NCBI GenBank assembly: GCA_964590525.1
Contig: CAZPWO010000001.1
Coordinates: forward strand, 1,870-59,673
Reading direction: 5' to 3'
DNA from: an uncultured Herbinix sp.
GTDB lineage: Bacteria > Bacillota > Clostridia > Lachnospirales > Lachnospiraceae
DNA length: 57,804 nt
This document shows, piece by piece, positions 48,693-57,804 of this stretch. The position numbers and the translations under genes are program-made. Within the stretch, counting starts at the first letter, position 1. The number at the start of each line of letters is the position of its first letter. Below the pieces are notes generated by a model that made no database searches, had not been told where the DNA came from, and saw nothing but the letters and a program-made list of their open reading frames with translations.

Positions 48693-50753
48693 CTACAGCT
48701 CATTTTCTTCAATCATAATCGATAGTGTTTTTTTCAAATCCTCTATAGCACCTTCCACTGTGCCACCTTCAAGCTGGCAGCCAGCAACACTAAGGTGTCC
48801 GCCACCTCCAAATTTCTCCATAACAACTTGTACATTAACTTCATCTATAGATCTAGCACTAACATATATCCTATCACCATATTCCGTAAATGCAAATGAA
48901 GCTTTAACACCTGCTATATTTAATAATTCATTAGCTACTTGAGCTCCTAAAACTGTTGGACTTTCCACTTGTGTTCCATCACAAACGGCTATGGCAAATT
49001 CCCCTCTAAATATTTCTGAATTGGCTACAGCATCAGCCTTTGTCCTTATATCAATAACATCACTACGGAATGATTTACGTAGCCTTGTTACATCTGCACC
49101 ATTTCTTCTTAAATAGGCTGCCGCCTCAAAAGTTCTAACCCCAGTCTTAGTTAAGAAGTTATTGGTATCAATCATTATACCTGCATATAAGGCATCTGCT
49201 TCTAAGGGTTTTAGCTTTAAATTGCCCCCAATATATTGTAGAATCTCAGCTATCATCTCACTTGTAGAAGAGGCAAATGGCTCAATATAAGATAATACTG
49301 CCTTGTCAATTGCTTCATCAGTCTGTCTATGGTGATCAAAGATTACTATGGTATCACAATAATCTAATAACTCTTCACATTCTAATAGACTAGGCTTATT
49401 GGTATCAACAATAACAAGAAGGGTGTCAGAATCAGCAATTTCAAGGACCTGTTCATTTTCTAAGAATAAATCCTTCTCATATTCAGGATTATCTACAAAA
49501 CGTTCCATCACAGATCTTAATGAATTTGTTACTTCGTTGATTACTATATGGGCCTTTTTATTAAATGTTTTAGCAACTCGGTATACTCCAATTGCTGCCC
49601 CAAAAGAATCCACATCCCCTAATTTATGTCCCATAACAACAATATTATCCTTGCTCTCCACAAGCTCTCTAAAAGCTTGCGCTTTAACCCTAGCCTTAAC
49701 CCTAGTATTCTTCTCTAGCTGTATACTTTTTCCACCAAAATAAGATATCTTTTCTCTGTTTTTAATAACCGCTTGGTCCCCACCACGCCCTAGGGCTAGG
49801 TCCATTGCAGCCCTTGCATATCCATATCCTTCATTATAAGTGTCCGCATTTACACCTATTCCAATACTAATGGTAACAGCCATCTCATTCCCAATGTTTA
49901 TATCTCTAACTTCTTTTAAAATAGAAAACTTATTCTCTTGAAGTTTAGACAAGTACTTATATTGCATAACAAACACATATTTGTCCTTCTCCAACTTCTT
50001 AATTATAGCATCAATACCTTGCATGTATTTGTTTATTTTCCTATCAACTAAAGCGGTAAGCAGAGAACGCCTCACCTCTTCCACTGTATCTAAAGCTTCA
50101 TCATAATTATCAATATATAATAATCCAGTGATTAACCTCTTGTCTCTGTTCTCCTTCTTCAAGTGTATATTCTCAGTCTCATCATAGAAATAAATCGCAA
50201 CTAAGGAGTACCCTTCATCTTCCAGCTTTGTTGCCTCTATATCACTCCAATTACTATCAGAGTCAAGAGAGGGAACTATAACACTACGAAGAACCACCCT
50301 ATAATTTCTCTCATTATACTCAAGATGTATCTCCTCATCCAATACTTGGTCTGGAAAATGTTCTCCTGTAATCTGGGGGAAAATCTGTGAGATAGAGCGT
50401 TTTGCCACATGTTTTAATTCAAGCAAATCCATAAATTCATCATTACCCCATTGAATCTTGCCGTCAAGATTAACTATTGCATAGGGTAGGGCCAACTCCT
50501 TCAACAGATGTTTTTGTACCTGTCCATAGTCCATTGCGTATATAATTAATTCATTGGCAATTTTATCTCTACGGACTATAAATACAATTGTTGTAACGAC
50601 AAAATAAGTTAAAACAAAAATAGTCACTACAAACCCTGCATCAGAGTTTATAAGATAGACCCACAAATTCATGATTATTAATAATAAAGTCAAAAAAACT
50701 GGCCAATACAGATATCTTTTTAATGTACTATGTCCTTTTAGATCCTTATCCAT
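48693..50753 (-). CDS. gdpP: c-di-AMP phosphodiesterase GdpP (PAS, degenerate GGDEF, DHH/DHHA1)
   Basis: Two TMs, IDNYDE, ALGRGGDQ, GHKLGDVD, DHH, GGGGH. Confidence 0.92.
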   Translation of the reverse strand: MDKDLKGHSTLKRYLYWPVFLTLLLIIMNLWVYLINSDAGFVVTIFVLTYFVVTTIVFIVRRDKIANELIIYAMDYGQVQKHLLKELALPYAIVNLDGKIQWGNDEFMDLLELKHVAKRSISQIFPQITGEHFPDQVLDEEIHLEYNERNYRVVLRSVIVPSLDSDSNWSDIEATKLEDEGYSLVAIYFYDETENIHLKKENRDKRLITGLLYIDNYDEALDTVEEVRRSLLTALVDRKINKYMQGIDAIIKKLEKDKYVFVMQYKYLSKLQENKFSILKEVRDINIGNEMAVTISIGIGVNADTYNEGYGYARAAMDLALGRGGDQAVIKNREKISYFGGKSIQLEKNTRVKARVKAQAFRELVESKDNIVVMGHKLGDVDSFGAAIGVYRVAKTFNKKAHIVINEVTNSLRSVMERFVDNPEYEKDLFLENEQVLEIADSDTLLVIVDTNKPSLLECEELLDYCDTIVIFDHHRQTDEAIDKAVLSYIEPFASSTSEMIAEILQYIGGNLKLKPLEADALYAGIMIDTNNFLTKTGVRTFEAAAYLRRNGADVTRLRKSFRSDVIDIRTKADAVANSEIFRGEFAIAVCDGTQVESPTVLGAQVANELLNIAGVKASFAFTEYGDRIYVSARSIDEVNVQVVMEKFGGGGHLSVAGCQLEGGTVEGAIEDLKKTLSIMIEENEL

Positions 50754-50828
50754 AATAAACTCCTTTAAGACCTATTTGTTTATTAGTATAACATTTTACT
50801 TTACTAATTGAAAGAGCTTGTTTAAATA

Positions 50829-50866
50829 AAAAAAGCCCTTGTGCATCTATATACAAGGGCTTTTTT
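50829..50866. terminator. Terminator after rpsR
   Basis: aaaaaagcccttgt / acaagggctttttt. Confidence 0.85.
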
Positions 50867-50899
50867 GCTTTTTCAGTATTTAATTGATTAACATCAGGA

Positions 50900-51151
50900 T
50901 TAATCAGCTGAGTAAGGCATTAATGCAACATGCCTTGAGCGTTTTACAGCAACTGTAAGTGCTCTTTGATGTTTTGCACAGCTACCTGTGATTCTTCTTG
51001 GAAGAATTTTCCCTCTTTCAGACACATACCTTCTTAGTTTGTTAACATCTTTGTAGTCAATACCGTCATATTTCTTGTCGGCACAGAACGCACAAACTTT
51101 TTTTCTTTTACGTCCAAAACTTCTTCTTGGACCTCTATTATTACCTGCCAT
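50900..51151 (-). CDS. rpsR: 30S ribosomal protein S18 (zinc-binding C+ form)
   Basis: [25 protein letters not shown]. Confidence 0.98.
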   Translation of the reverse strand: MAGNNRGPRRSFGRKRKKVCAFCADKKYDGIDYKDVNKLRRYVSERGKILPRRITGSCAKHQRALTVAVKRSRHVALMPYSAD

Positions 51152-51188
51152 ATTACAACCTCCTTATCCGATATAGTTGTATCAAATA

Positions 51189-51629
51189 TTAATTAAACGG
51201 CAATTCTTCGTCAATCCCGTCTGGAATATTCATAAATCCATCCCCAACATCACTGCTAGGTTGTGAGTTATTGTTACTATTGGCGCTGCGGTTAGCATCG
51301 CTAATTGCTTTGCTTTCAACGAACTCAACTTCCTCAACCACAACATCTGTTGTGTAAACCTTTTGTCCATCTTTATTAGTGTAGCTACCTGTTTGTATCC
51401 TGCCAACAGCACCCATCTTCATACCTTGGGTGAAATATTTTTCTATAAATTCAGCAGTCTTTCCAAAGCTAACACAACCAACAAAGTCAGCATCTTGGTT
51501 ATCATTAGCTCTTTTAAATCTACGATCAACTGCCAATGTATATCTAGCTACTGCTACTGGGTTTTCCCCCTGAGAATATCTTATGTCAGGGTCCCTTGTC
51601 AAACGTCCCACTAATATTGCTTTATTCAT
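51189..51629 (-). CDS. ssb: Single-stranded DNA-binding protein
   Basis: LVGRLTRDP, LAVDR, DEELPF tail. Confidence 0.98.
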   Translation of the reverse strand: MNKAILVGRLTRDPDIRYSQGENPVAVARYTLAVDRRFKRANDNQDADFVGCVSFGKTAEFIEKYFTQGMKMGAVGRIQTGSYTNKDGQKVYTTDVVVEEVEFVESKAISDANRSANSNNNSQPSSDVGDGFMNIPDGIDEELPFN

Positions 51630-51677
51630 AAATAACTACCTCCTTCTTATATCCGCCTTAGAGTAGTAAGTATAATA

Positions 51678-51965
51678 TTAAGCATCTTTTCTAATAGTAA
51701 GATATCTTAAAACATTATCCATAATTCTAACTCTTTGTTCTACTTCAGATGGAACAGTAGAATCAGCATCAAATTGAATGAAATAGTAAAAGCCTTCGTT
51801 CATTTTCTGAATCTCATAGGCTAATCTTTTTCTTCCCCAGTCATCAACAGCGGTAACATTACCACCAAACCTTGCAATCAGATCTTTCACTGATTCCAAT
51901 GTAGCTGCTCTGGTTTCATCATCAATCTTTGCATTTACAACTAAGGCAAATTCATATTGATTCAT
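51678..51965 (-). CDS. rpsF: 30S ribosomal protein S6
   Basis: YE, WGRKRLAYEI, VLRY. Confidence 0.98.
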   Translation of the reverse strand: MNQYEFALVVNAKIDDETRAATLESVKDLIARFGGNVTAVDDWGRKRLAYEIQKMNEGFYYFIQFDADSTVPSEVEQRVRIMDNVLRYLTIRKDA

Positions 51966-51975
51966 AGTTGTTTTG

Positions 51976-52020
51976 CACCTCCTTTTGGACTCTGGCCCCT
52001 TTATAATAAAAGAGCAAGGA
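51976..52020 (-). promoter_or_regulatory. S6:S18 autoregulatory mRNA leader
   Basis: TCCTT-GCTCTTT...AAAGGGGC-CAGAGTCCA-AAAGGAGG: hairpin, CC motif, and 5' segment able to pair with the SD. Confidence 0.65.
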
Positions 52021-52122
52021 TTTATTTTTTATATAACATATCACAATAAGTGATGATACCACAAGTTTAACAATAAAACAAGCATGTTTTTCAACAAAAT
52101 CAGATGAGCTAATCCGTCAAAA

Positions 52123-53031
52123 TTACTTTTTCCCCCTAATGATGGTTACTGCATTGTTCAGATTCTCTATTGTAACACTTTTATGTTTACCAGCATATTC
52201 ACCATCAATTGTCCATTTAATTTCTTTTCCCGATAAAACCTTAAGCTCTTTTACTGGAAGATAAGCGACGTGTTCACTTTTAGTGTTTCCATGGAGAAGA
52301 TCATTAACGATAGCCTGAAGTTCCAATACATTCTGCGGAACTTTAATAAATATACCTTCAAAGACCCCATCATCAAGCATTACATCCTTGCCCGTAATTC
52401 CCTTAAACCCCCCTATAGAACTAGAGTTAGCTATCATACCATATATAAATTCATCTTCTATGACCCTATCTTCAGAAACTATCCTTATGCGGTACGACTT
52501 CCATTTGGGTATGCCCTTGATGCCTTCTAGTATATAGGCAAGCCTGCCTAATATATTTTTTGTAGCTTGAGGAGTAACATAGGACACATCGGTAAAAAGG
52601 CCAAATGCAGCTGCATAAACAAAATGTATTCCGTTCAATCTACCTATATCACAGGAAAATGCTTGTCCTTTTAGAACAAGCTCTGCCGATTCCAGTATGT
52701 TTTTAGGAAGTCCAAGACTATATGCAAAATCATTAGTTGTACCAGAAGGTATATATCCAATGTTTACCTTTTTGTCTGATAAAAGCATACCAGATACTAC
52801 TTCATTTAAGGTACCATCCCCTCCTGAACATACAACAATGTCATATTCATCTTTACTAAGACATTCTTTAACGATTCTTGTGGCATCTCTTTCTTCCATG
52901 GTTGAGTATATAACTACTTCGTAACCATATTTAACATAAAGCTCTATAATAGAGGATAAATGTTGCTTAATTCCTCCCTTACCAGCATAAGGATTGTATA
53001 TAAAAAGCATTCTCTTTTTTCTAGTGTCCAT
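52123..53031 (-). CDS. Diacylglycerol/lipid kinase family (YegS/DagK)
   Basis: NPYAG, GGDGT, PSGTTNDFA, IDGE. Confidence 0.92.
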   Translation of the reverse strand: MDTRKKRMLFIYNPYAGKGGIKQHLSSIIELYVKYGYEVVIYSTMEERDATRIVKECLSKDEYDIVVCSGGDGTLNEVVSGMLLSDKKVNIGYIPSGTTNDFAYSLGLPKNILESAELVLKGQAFSCDIGRLNGIHFVYAAAFGLFTDVSYVTPQATKNILGRLAYILEGIKGIPKWKSYRIRIVSEDRVIEDEFIYGMIANSSSIGGFKGITGKDVMLDDGVFEGIFIKVPQNVLELQAIVNDLLHGNTKSEHVAYLPVKELKVLSGKEIKWTIDGEYAGKHKSVTIENLNNAVTIIRGKK

Positions 53032-53217
53032 CTTTTCTCCTCCCTTGCTTACTAATATAAATACACAGATAACATCCGTTAAATTTTACCTTATTGTTGA
53101 TTCTATCACTAAACCAATACATATACAAGCACAAGAAAAACATCACCATAGCCAAGTAAAGTCTAAAATTCATTCTGAATCTCTTGGCTTTAGTGATGAT
53201 TTCTCTATAATATAGAC

Positions 53218-53760
53218 TTATTCTAAATTAAATAATTTTTTATAACTATCAATACTTTTTTCAATAACCTCAGCAGCTCTCTCAGCACCTTCAAATTTAT
53301 TAACTGCCGTTTCCATGTTCTCTAGTTCCTTATATACACTGAAAAAGTGTTTCATTTCAGCAAAAGTATGAACTGGCAAGTCTGCTATACTTTTATGCAT
53401 ATTATAGCCAGGATCAGTAAATGGTATAGCAATAATCTTTTCATCACGCATGTTATTATCAATCATATTCATCATGCCAATGGGATAACACCTAACTAAA
53501 GTCAAAGGCTCTAGAGGTTCTGAACATAGGACAAGAACATCTAATGGATCTAAGTCATCAGCATAAGTTCTAGGAATAAAACCATAGTTTGCTGGATAAT
53601 GAGTTGATGTATGAAGAATTCGGTCCAGTATTATTAGTCCTGTTTCTTTATCAAGTTCATGTTTTTTCTTGCTTCCCTTAGATATCTCAATAACCGCCAC
53701 AAAATCATTTGCTTTAATTCTATCTGGGCTAATATCATGCCAAATATTTTTCATACCCAT
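53218..53760 (-). CDS. ppa: Family I soluble inorganic pyrophosphatase
   Basis: [34 protein letters not shown]. Confidence 0.95.
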   Translation of the reverse strand: MGMKNIWHDISPDRIKANDFVAVIEISKGSKKKHELDKETGLIILDRILHTSTHYPANYGFIPRTYADDLDPLDVLVLCSEPLEPLTLVRCYPIGMMNMIDNNMRDEKIIAIPFTDPGYNMHKSIADLPVHTFAEMKHFFSVYKELENMETAVNKFEGAERAAEVIEKSIDSYKKLFNLE

Positions 53761-53832
53761 CCACCCTTCGAAGATTGTCTTACATTTTCGGCTTTATTAT
53801 AAGCCATTATCTCCAAGAATGCAAACATGATA

Positions 53833-55635
53833 TTATCCTATGATTAAATTAGTCTTTACATCTTTCATATCTGGATTCAGGTCTTTCTCCTCCGTAAGAT
53901 CAAGCACTGGATATCCATCTATATCAAAATGTACACGGCGAAGCCCTGAACTTCTTGGACCATCAACACTTGGGCGGGCATGATATGCATTCCACACATC
54001 CCCATTATCATCAATAACATAAGAGTTATGTCCAGGTCCATATTCCCCAGGGACACTTCTACTAGTTAGGAGAGGATAATTACCCTTTACCCAGCTGTCT
54101 GGATCCAGTAGGTCAGAACCAGGCTCTGCTGTAAGTAGGGCTACAACATAAGTTGCATCAACTGCTGCACTAGAGAAGGTAAGAAATATCTTCTCATCTG
54201 TTATAAGTGCATAAGACCCTTCATCTACAAATGTGTGGTTATTTGCCCAACCATAGTCAGGCTTTGACAATAGAACTGGGTCTGTAGTAAGTTGCCATGG
54301 TTTTTTAGGGTCTATCTTGGCAATATATAACCATGCACCAATATCAACCGGCAGGAACTGCCTTTCAGACCATGAAACATAATATTCTCCATCCCATTTA
54401 AAGCAAGTCATATCAAGAGAAATAACCTTTCCTGCTTCGCATAAGTAGGAACCATCCTTCTTCAACACCCTTTGAGGCATTGACCAGTCCTCTTTCTTGG
54501 TAGGGTCTCCACCCTCTTTCAACTTCATTATATGACACTCTTCTTCAAAGAACTCACCTGGAGTAGCAGCATGAAATATATATAATTCATCTTCAACAAT
54601 ATGAAACTCTGGTGCCCAAAGTAATCCACCTACATGGTCATAAGTTTTAGAATCTAGTATTAAATGCTCTTCTGCCTCTACAAGTTCAGGAATAGTATTA
54701 GCTTGCCTAATATAAAGAGTATGATTGTCGTCAGCATCATTGGTTGCTATAAAATAATATTTCCCATTCCATTTTCCTATACATGGGTCAGCACGGTTTA
54801 TAGCAATGGGGAATTCATAGTGATCTTGATGGATCCTTCCACTAATCTCATAGGTCCCCTTCTTGTTCCAATCAAGATCGTCCGTATTCCAGTCAACCAC
54901 TTTCATAGAGCTTGTGCCGTCATTGTAGATAGCCTTTACCTTAACCTTGTTTAGGTCTTCTATAGATGAAGCCTTCACTTCTTCTGGAACTTCAGTTGAT
55001 ACATGATAAGGGGTTGATAATCTTAGTTTCAACCTCTCCCCTATTTCTCCATCAACAGCAATAACATTACCAGGAACAATTCCTTCAATATCAGTAGAGA
55101 CTTTATCTGTTTTATTAGGATTACTTATCTTAACTACTTGAACACTTGCTTCTAAGTCAAATAAATCTGCCTTATCAGCAAAATACCACTGGCCGCTTTC
55201 ATCCTGCCATCTAATCTGGTATACTTTTTTATCTTTATCATAATTACATAAAATATCTTGTACAAAAACATCAGGATGTAGATTAATTAAACCCACTTCT
55301 TCATATTGCAACAAATCATCTGATGTGAAAAACAGGACTTTGCCCTTACTTTCATCATCATTATCACCATTCACTTCAATTCTAATAGCAAGCACACCAA
55401 ATGTCCCATCTTCCATATAGAAAATGTATGGACATTTTAGACTTTTTGGGTTCATTGTTAGGTCTTCATTATCTGTTGCCTTAGCAAATAAAACCCCGGA
55501 ATTATGATTAAGGGCTTCATAATTTTCTCCATCCCTACTATATGCCAAGTGCATACTATAGGCCAATTTCTCTGCATAAATAATATCTTCTTTTGCTTTT
55601 CTGCTATAACACAAAACATATCTTTTATCCTTCAT
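53833..55635 (-). CDS. GH43 glycoside hydrolase (arabinofuranosidase/xylosidase-like) with N-terminal extension and Ig-like module; no signal peptide
   Basis: RADP, LWAPE, SLDM, VDEG, GPGHNS. Confidence 0.88.
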   Translation of the reverse strand: MKDKRYVLCYSRKAKEDIIYAEKLAYSMHLAYSRDGENYEALNHNSGVLFAKATDNEDLTMNPKSLKCPYIFYMEDGTFGVLAIRIEVNGDNDDESKGKVLFFTSDDLLQYEEVGLINLHPDVFVQDILCNYDKDKKVYQIRWQDESGQWYFADKADLFDLEASVQVVKISNPNKTDKVSTDIEGIVPGNVIAVDGEIGERLKLRLSTPYHVSTEVPEEVKASSIEDLNKVKVKAIYNDGTSSMKVVDWNTDDLDWNKKGTYEISGRIHQDHYEFPIAINRADPCIGKWNGKYYFIATNDADDNHTLYIRQANTIPELVEAEEHLILDSKTYDHVGGLLWAPEFHIVEDELYIFHAATPGEFFEEECHIMKLKEGGDPTKKEDWSMPQRVLKKDGSYLCEAGKVISLDMTCFKWDGEYYVSWSERQFLPVDIGAWLYIAKIDPKKPWQLTTDPVLLSKPDYGWANNHTFVDEGSYALITDEKIFLTFSSAAVDATYVVALLTAEPGSDLLDPDSWVKGNYPLLTSRSVPGEYGPGHNSYVIDDNGDVWNAYHARPSVDGPRSSGLRRVHFDIDGYPVLDLTEEKDLNPDMKDVKTNLIIG

Positions 55636-55658
55636 TATGCCGCCTCCATATTAGTCTA

Positions 55659-57263
55659 TTATTTGAAAGTCCAATAATCCATCTTATAACCTTCTCCATA
55701 GAATACAAATACCAGATCATGTTCACCTGTAATAGTAGATAATAAATCGATTGTAACTTCCTTGAAGTCTTCTGAATCATCTGCATCTATCTTTAGGTGA
55801 CCAATTGCATCGCCAGTTGGTTTATCCAAGCGAATCTCAATAATACCGAAACCTTCTTTTGGAGCTTTTACATTTGCAGTAAATGTACTTGCCCCTTTAT
55901 CACCAAAGTCTGCTCCATACACTGCCGTCCAGTCTCCAGTGTTAATGTCAGTGATGGCCATATTTCCAGTTCCACTATTGGCTGCAATTTCATCAATAAG
56001 AACTGTACTAATACCTGCCATTGTTCCCATGGTCTCTGCTTCAACCCTCTCATATGGATTTAAGCCTTTTAACTGTTTAGGACCAAGTTCTGTTGCAATA
56101 ATAGGTTTAATTGACCCATCCTCATCTACAGTTACTGGATCAATATGAGTATTACGATAACCTTCTGATATACCCATTCTGTTTTCTATTATCTGTGTAT
56201 GATAAGCTATATATAATTGATCATTGTGCTCAAACATACAGTGGTGGTTGGTTCCATGTATTCCAAAGAAATAGCCTGGATTTCTTAGTATTGACCCCTG
56301 TAGTTCAAAAGGTCCTAATGGGTTTTTACTAGTCATATAAACAATCTCTGCACTGTTAAATCCAAGTTCTTTTCCATCCTTAGGGTCTACATTCCAGTTA
56401 CTACAGTATGAATAATAATAGGTATCTCCTATCTTGTTAATTCCTGAATCTTCAAATAGGTAAGGAGTTTCCATGCTTATTGGTGTTCCAGCAAGACTAA
56501 TCATATCATCAGCTAGCTGAGCCATACGGCCAGTTCCTGGATTAGCATACTGTTCATTAGGAACTCCACCACCAAAATATATATATCCTGTACCGTCATC
56601 ATCTACTAGAACTGCTGGGTCAAATAACCATGCAACATTGCCACAATTTGGTGTAGACCTGGATATTAAAGCTTCTCCTAAAGGATCAACAAAAGGTCCA
56701 ATTGGGCTATCTGATGTTATCACTCCAATTCCATTTCCACCATTTGCAAAGTATATAAAGAATTTATCTTGTCCATCAATCTTTTTGTGAGCTACTGCTG
56801 GAGCCCATGAGTTATTACCCCATTTGGCTGCACCATTAGGACCTGCTGCCTTTATCTCACCATGGTCAGTCCAGTTTACTAAGTCATCTGATGAAATAAC
56901 ATTTAAGGTGTTAATTCTGCTAAAACTATTATTCAGTGCTGTTCCATCTGAATCATATTCAATAACATCAGCAGTCATATAAAGATATACCCTGCCATTA
57001 TATGAGATAGCATATGGGTCAGCACCAAAGCGCTGAGTCATAAGTGGGTTTTTATAACCATAAGGTTTTAAAGTTTCTGTTAATGTAATATCTGTAAAAT
57101 ATTTTTCCATATTTTCCTCCTCTTGTTGAATTATATCTTCTTCTGGTTTATTTGTTCCATCCTCTAGTTGTGACCTTTCTGAACCTTTCCCTGAACATGC
57201 CGACAATGTCGTTGCTAGTAAGGCTAACAAGGCCACAGCTGAGAACACTCTTCTTTTGCTCAT
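55659..57263 (-). CDS. Lipoprotein GH43 + CBM6, arabinoxylan arabinofuranohydrolase (XynD-like)
   Basis: Lipobox LSAC; GADP, SWAP, FDP, FEDSG, TNHH; C-terminal VEAET...HDLVFVF CBM6-like domain. Confidence 0.88.
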   Translation of the reverse strand: MSKRRVFSAVALLALLATTLSACSGKGSERSQLEDGTNKPEEDIIQQEEENMEKYFTDITLTETLKPYGYKNPLMTQRFGADPYAISYNGRVYLYMTADVIEYDSDGTALNNSFSRINTLNVISSDDLVNWTDHGEIKAAGPNGAAKWGNNSWAPAVAHKKIDGQDKFFIYFANGGNGIGVITSDSPIGPFVDPLGEALISRSTPNCGNVAWLFDPAVLVDDDGTGYIYFGGGVPNEQYANPGTGRMAQLADDMISLAGTPISMETPYLFEDSGINKIGDTYYYSYCSNWNVDPKDGKELGFNSAEIVYMTSKNPLGPFELQGSILRNPGYFFGIHGTNHHCMFEHNDQLYIAYHTQIIENRMGISEGYRNTHIDPVTVDEDGSIKPIIATELGPKQLKGLNPYERVEAETMGTMAGISTVLIDEIAANSGTGNMAITDINTGDWTAVYGADFGDKGASTFTANVKAPKEGFGIIEIRLDKPTGDAIGHLKIDADDSEDFKEVTIDLLSTITGEHDLVFVFYGEGYKMDYWTFK

Positions 57264-57396
57264 GATTTCCGCCTCCTTAAATAGTCACTATTACTAAATT
57301 TATGCCTACTTACACTAACAATACATCATTTGTATACAAAAAATCTACTTATATATTACTAGCTTTTTATCATATAATGCTATGGCCTAAGAAATT

Positions 57397-57804
57397 TTAT
57401 AGTTTTATTTTTGTAAATGCACGACAATCTATATCTGTATCCATTAAAAATCCCATAGATTTATAAAATCCTACTGTCTTTTCTGTGTAATCTGTTAATA
57501 AGTGTATCTGATAAACATCCTTGTATTCATCTACAATACGCTGCATAAGTGCCCTTCCAATTCCTCGCCTGTGATATTCTGGGCGAATCAACACATCTTG
57601 GATAAACACAACTGAGTAACCATCCCCAACTGCCCTAATAATTCCTACTAGCTTTTCATCAACATAAGCCCCGTATGTTTTTAAGGAATTGCTATATGCG
57701 TTTTTTAACATAGATGGATCTGCTAAATACCTATCCCAACCTACACTATTATATAAGTCTAAAATCTCTTGTTCATTATAATTTTTGTATTCATTGATTG
57801 TATA
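57397..57804 (-). CDS. GNAT family N-acetyltransferase (5' end runs off the window)
   Basis: Frame open to 57804 (YTINEYKNYNEQEILDLYNSVGW...); RAVGDG, RRGIG, FYKSMGF. Confidence 0.9.
   Translation of the reverse strand, partial: YTINEYKNYNEQEILDLYNSVGWDRYLADPSMLKNAYSNSLKTYGAYVDEKLVGIIRAVGDGYSVVFIQDVLIRPEYHRRGIGRALMQRIVDEYKDVYQIHLLTDYTEKTVGFYKSMGFLMDTDIDCRAFTKIKL

Noticed and set aside
52994-53215. 73-aa plus-strand ORF
   Set aside because: Spans the lipid kinase start and an inverted repeat that is probably the ppa terminator; no coding evidence.

Overview
A 57.8-kb, AT-rich chromosomal segment from a spore-forming clostridial bacterium; the gene repertoire suggests Lachnospiraceae (inference). 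Most genes are on the minus strand and most are core. They include yhaM, an HtrA-like gene, mutS2 with a two-component system, a VanW/Lrp/aminotransferase/CheX run, nth and a B12 radical SAM gene. Further along are the spoVT-hup-yabOPQ-divIC-tRNA(Met)-spoIIE-tilS-hpt-ftsH block, two Csp-type subtilases, deoB, ampS and ywmB/ywlE/sua5/cwlD. The last part holds a GH18, mecA, a ferredoxin, rpsF-ssb-rpsR-gdpP-rplI-dnaB, ppa, two GH43 genes and a GNAT gene cut by the window edge. I saw no prophage, transposase, integrase or CRISPR array. The most interesting signals are: (1) two diverged copies of a 134-bp palindromic element (143-276 and 39950-40083) with several compensatory base changes, each with local tandem duplications and a G-depleted flank; (2) a candidate ~100-nt sRNA with C-rich loops downstream of ftsH, whose second loop is exactly complementary to a G-rich loop in the hup terminator; (3) a soluble Ser/Thr kinase fused to, and overlapping, lysine-less MinD/ParA-like domains; (4) an HtrA pseudoprotease, a RacA-like MerR protein and two small genes missing from the ORF track. 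All calls come from reading motifs by eye; no database searches were run.
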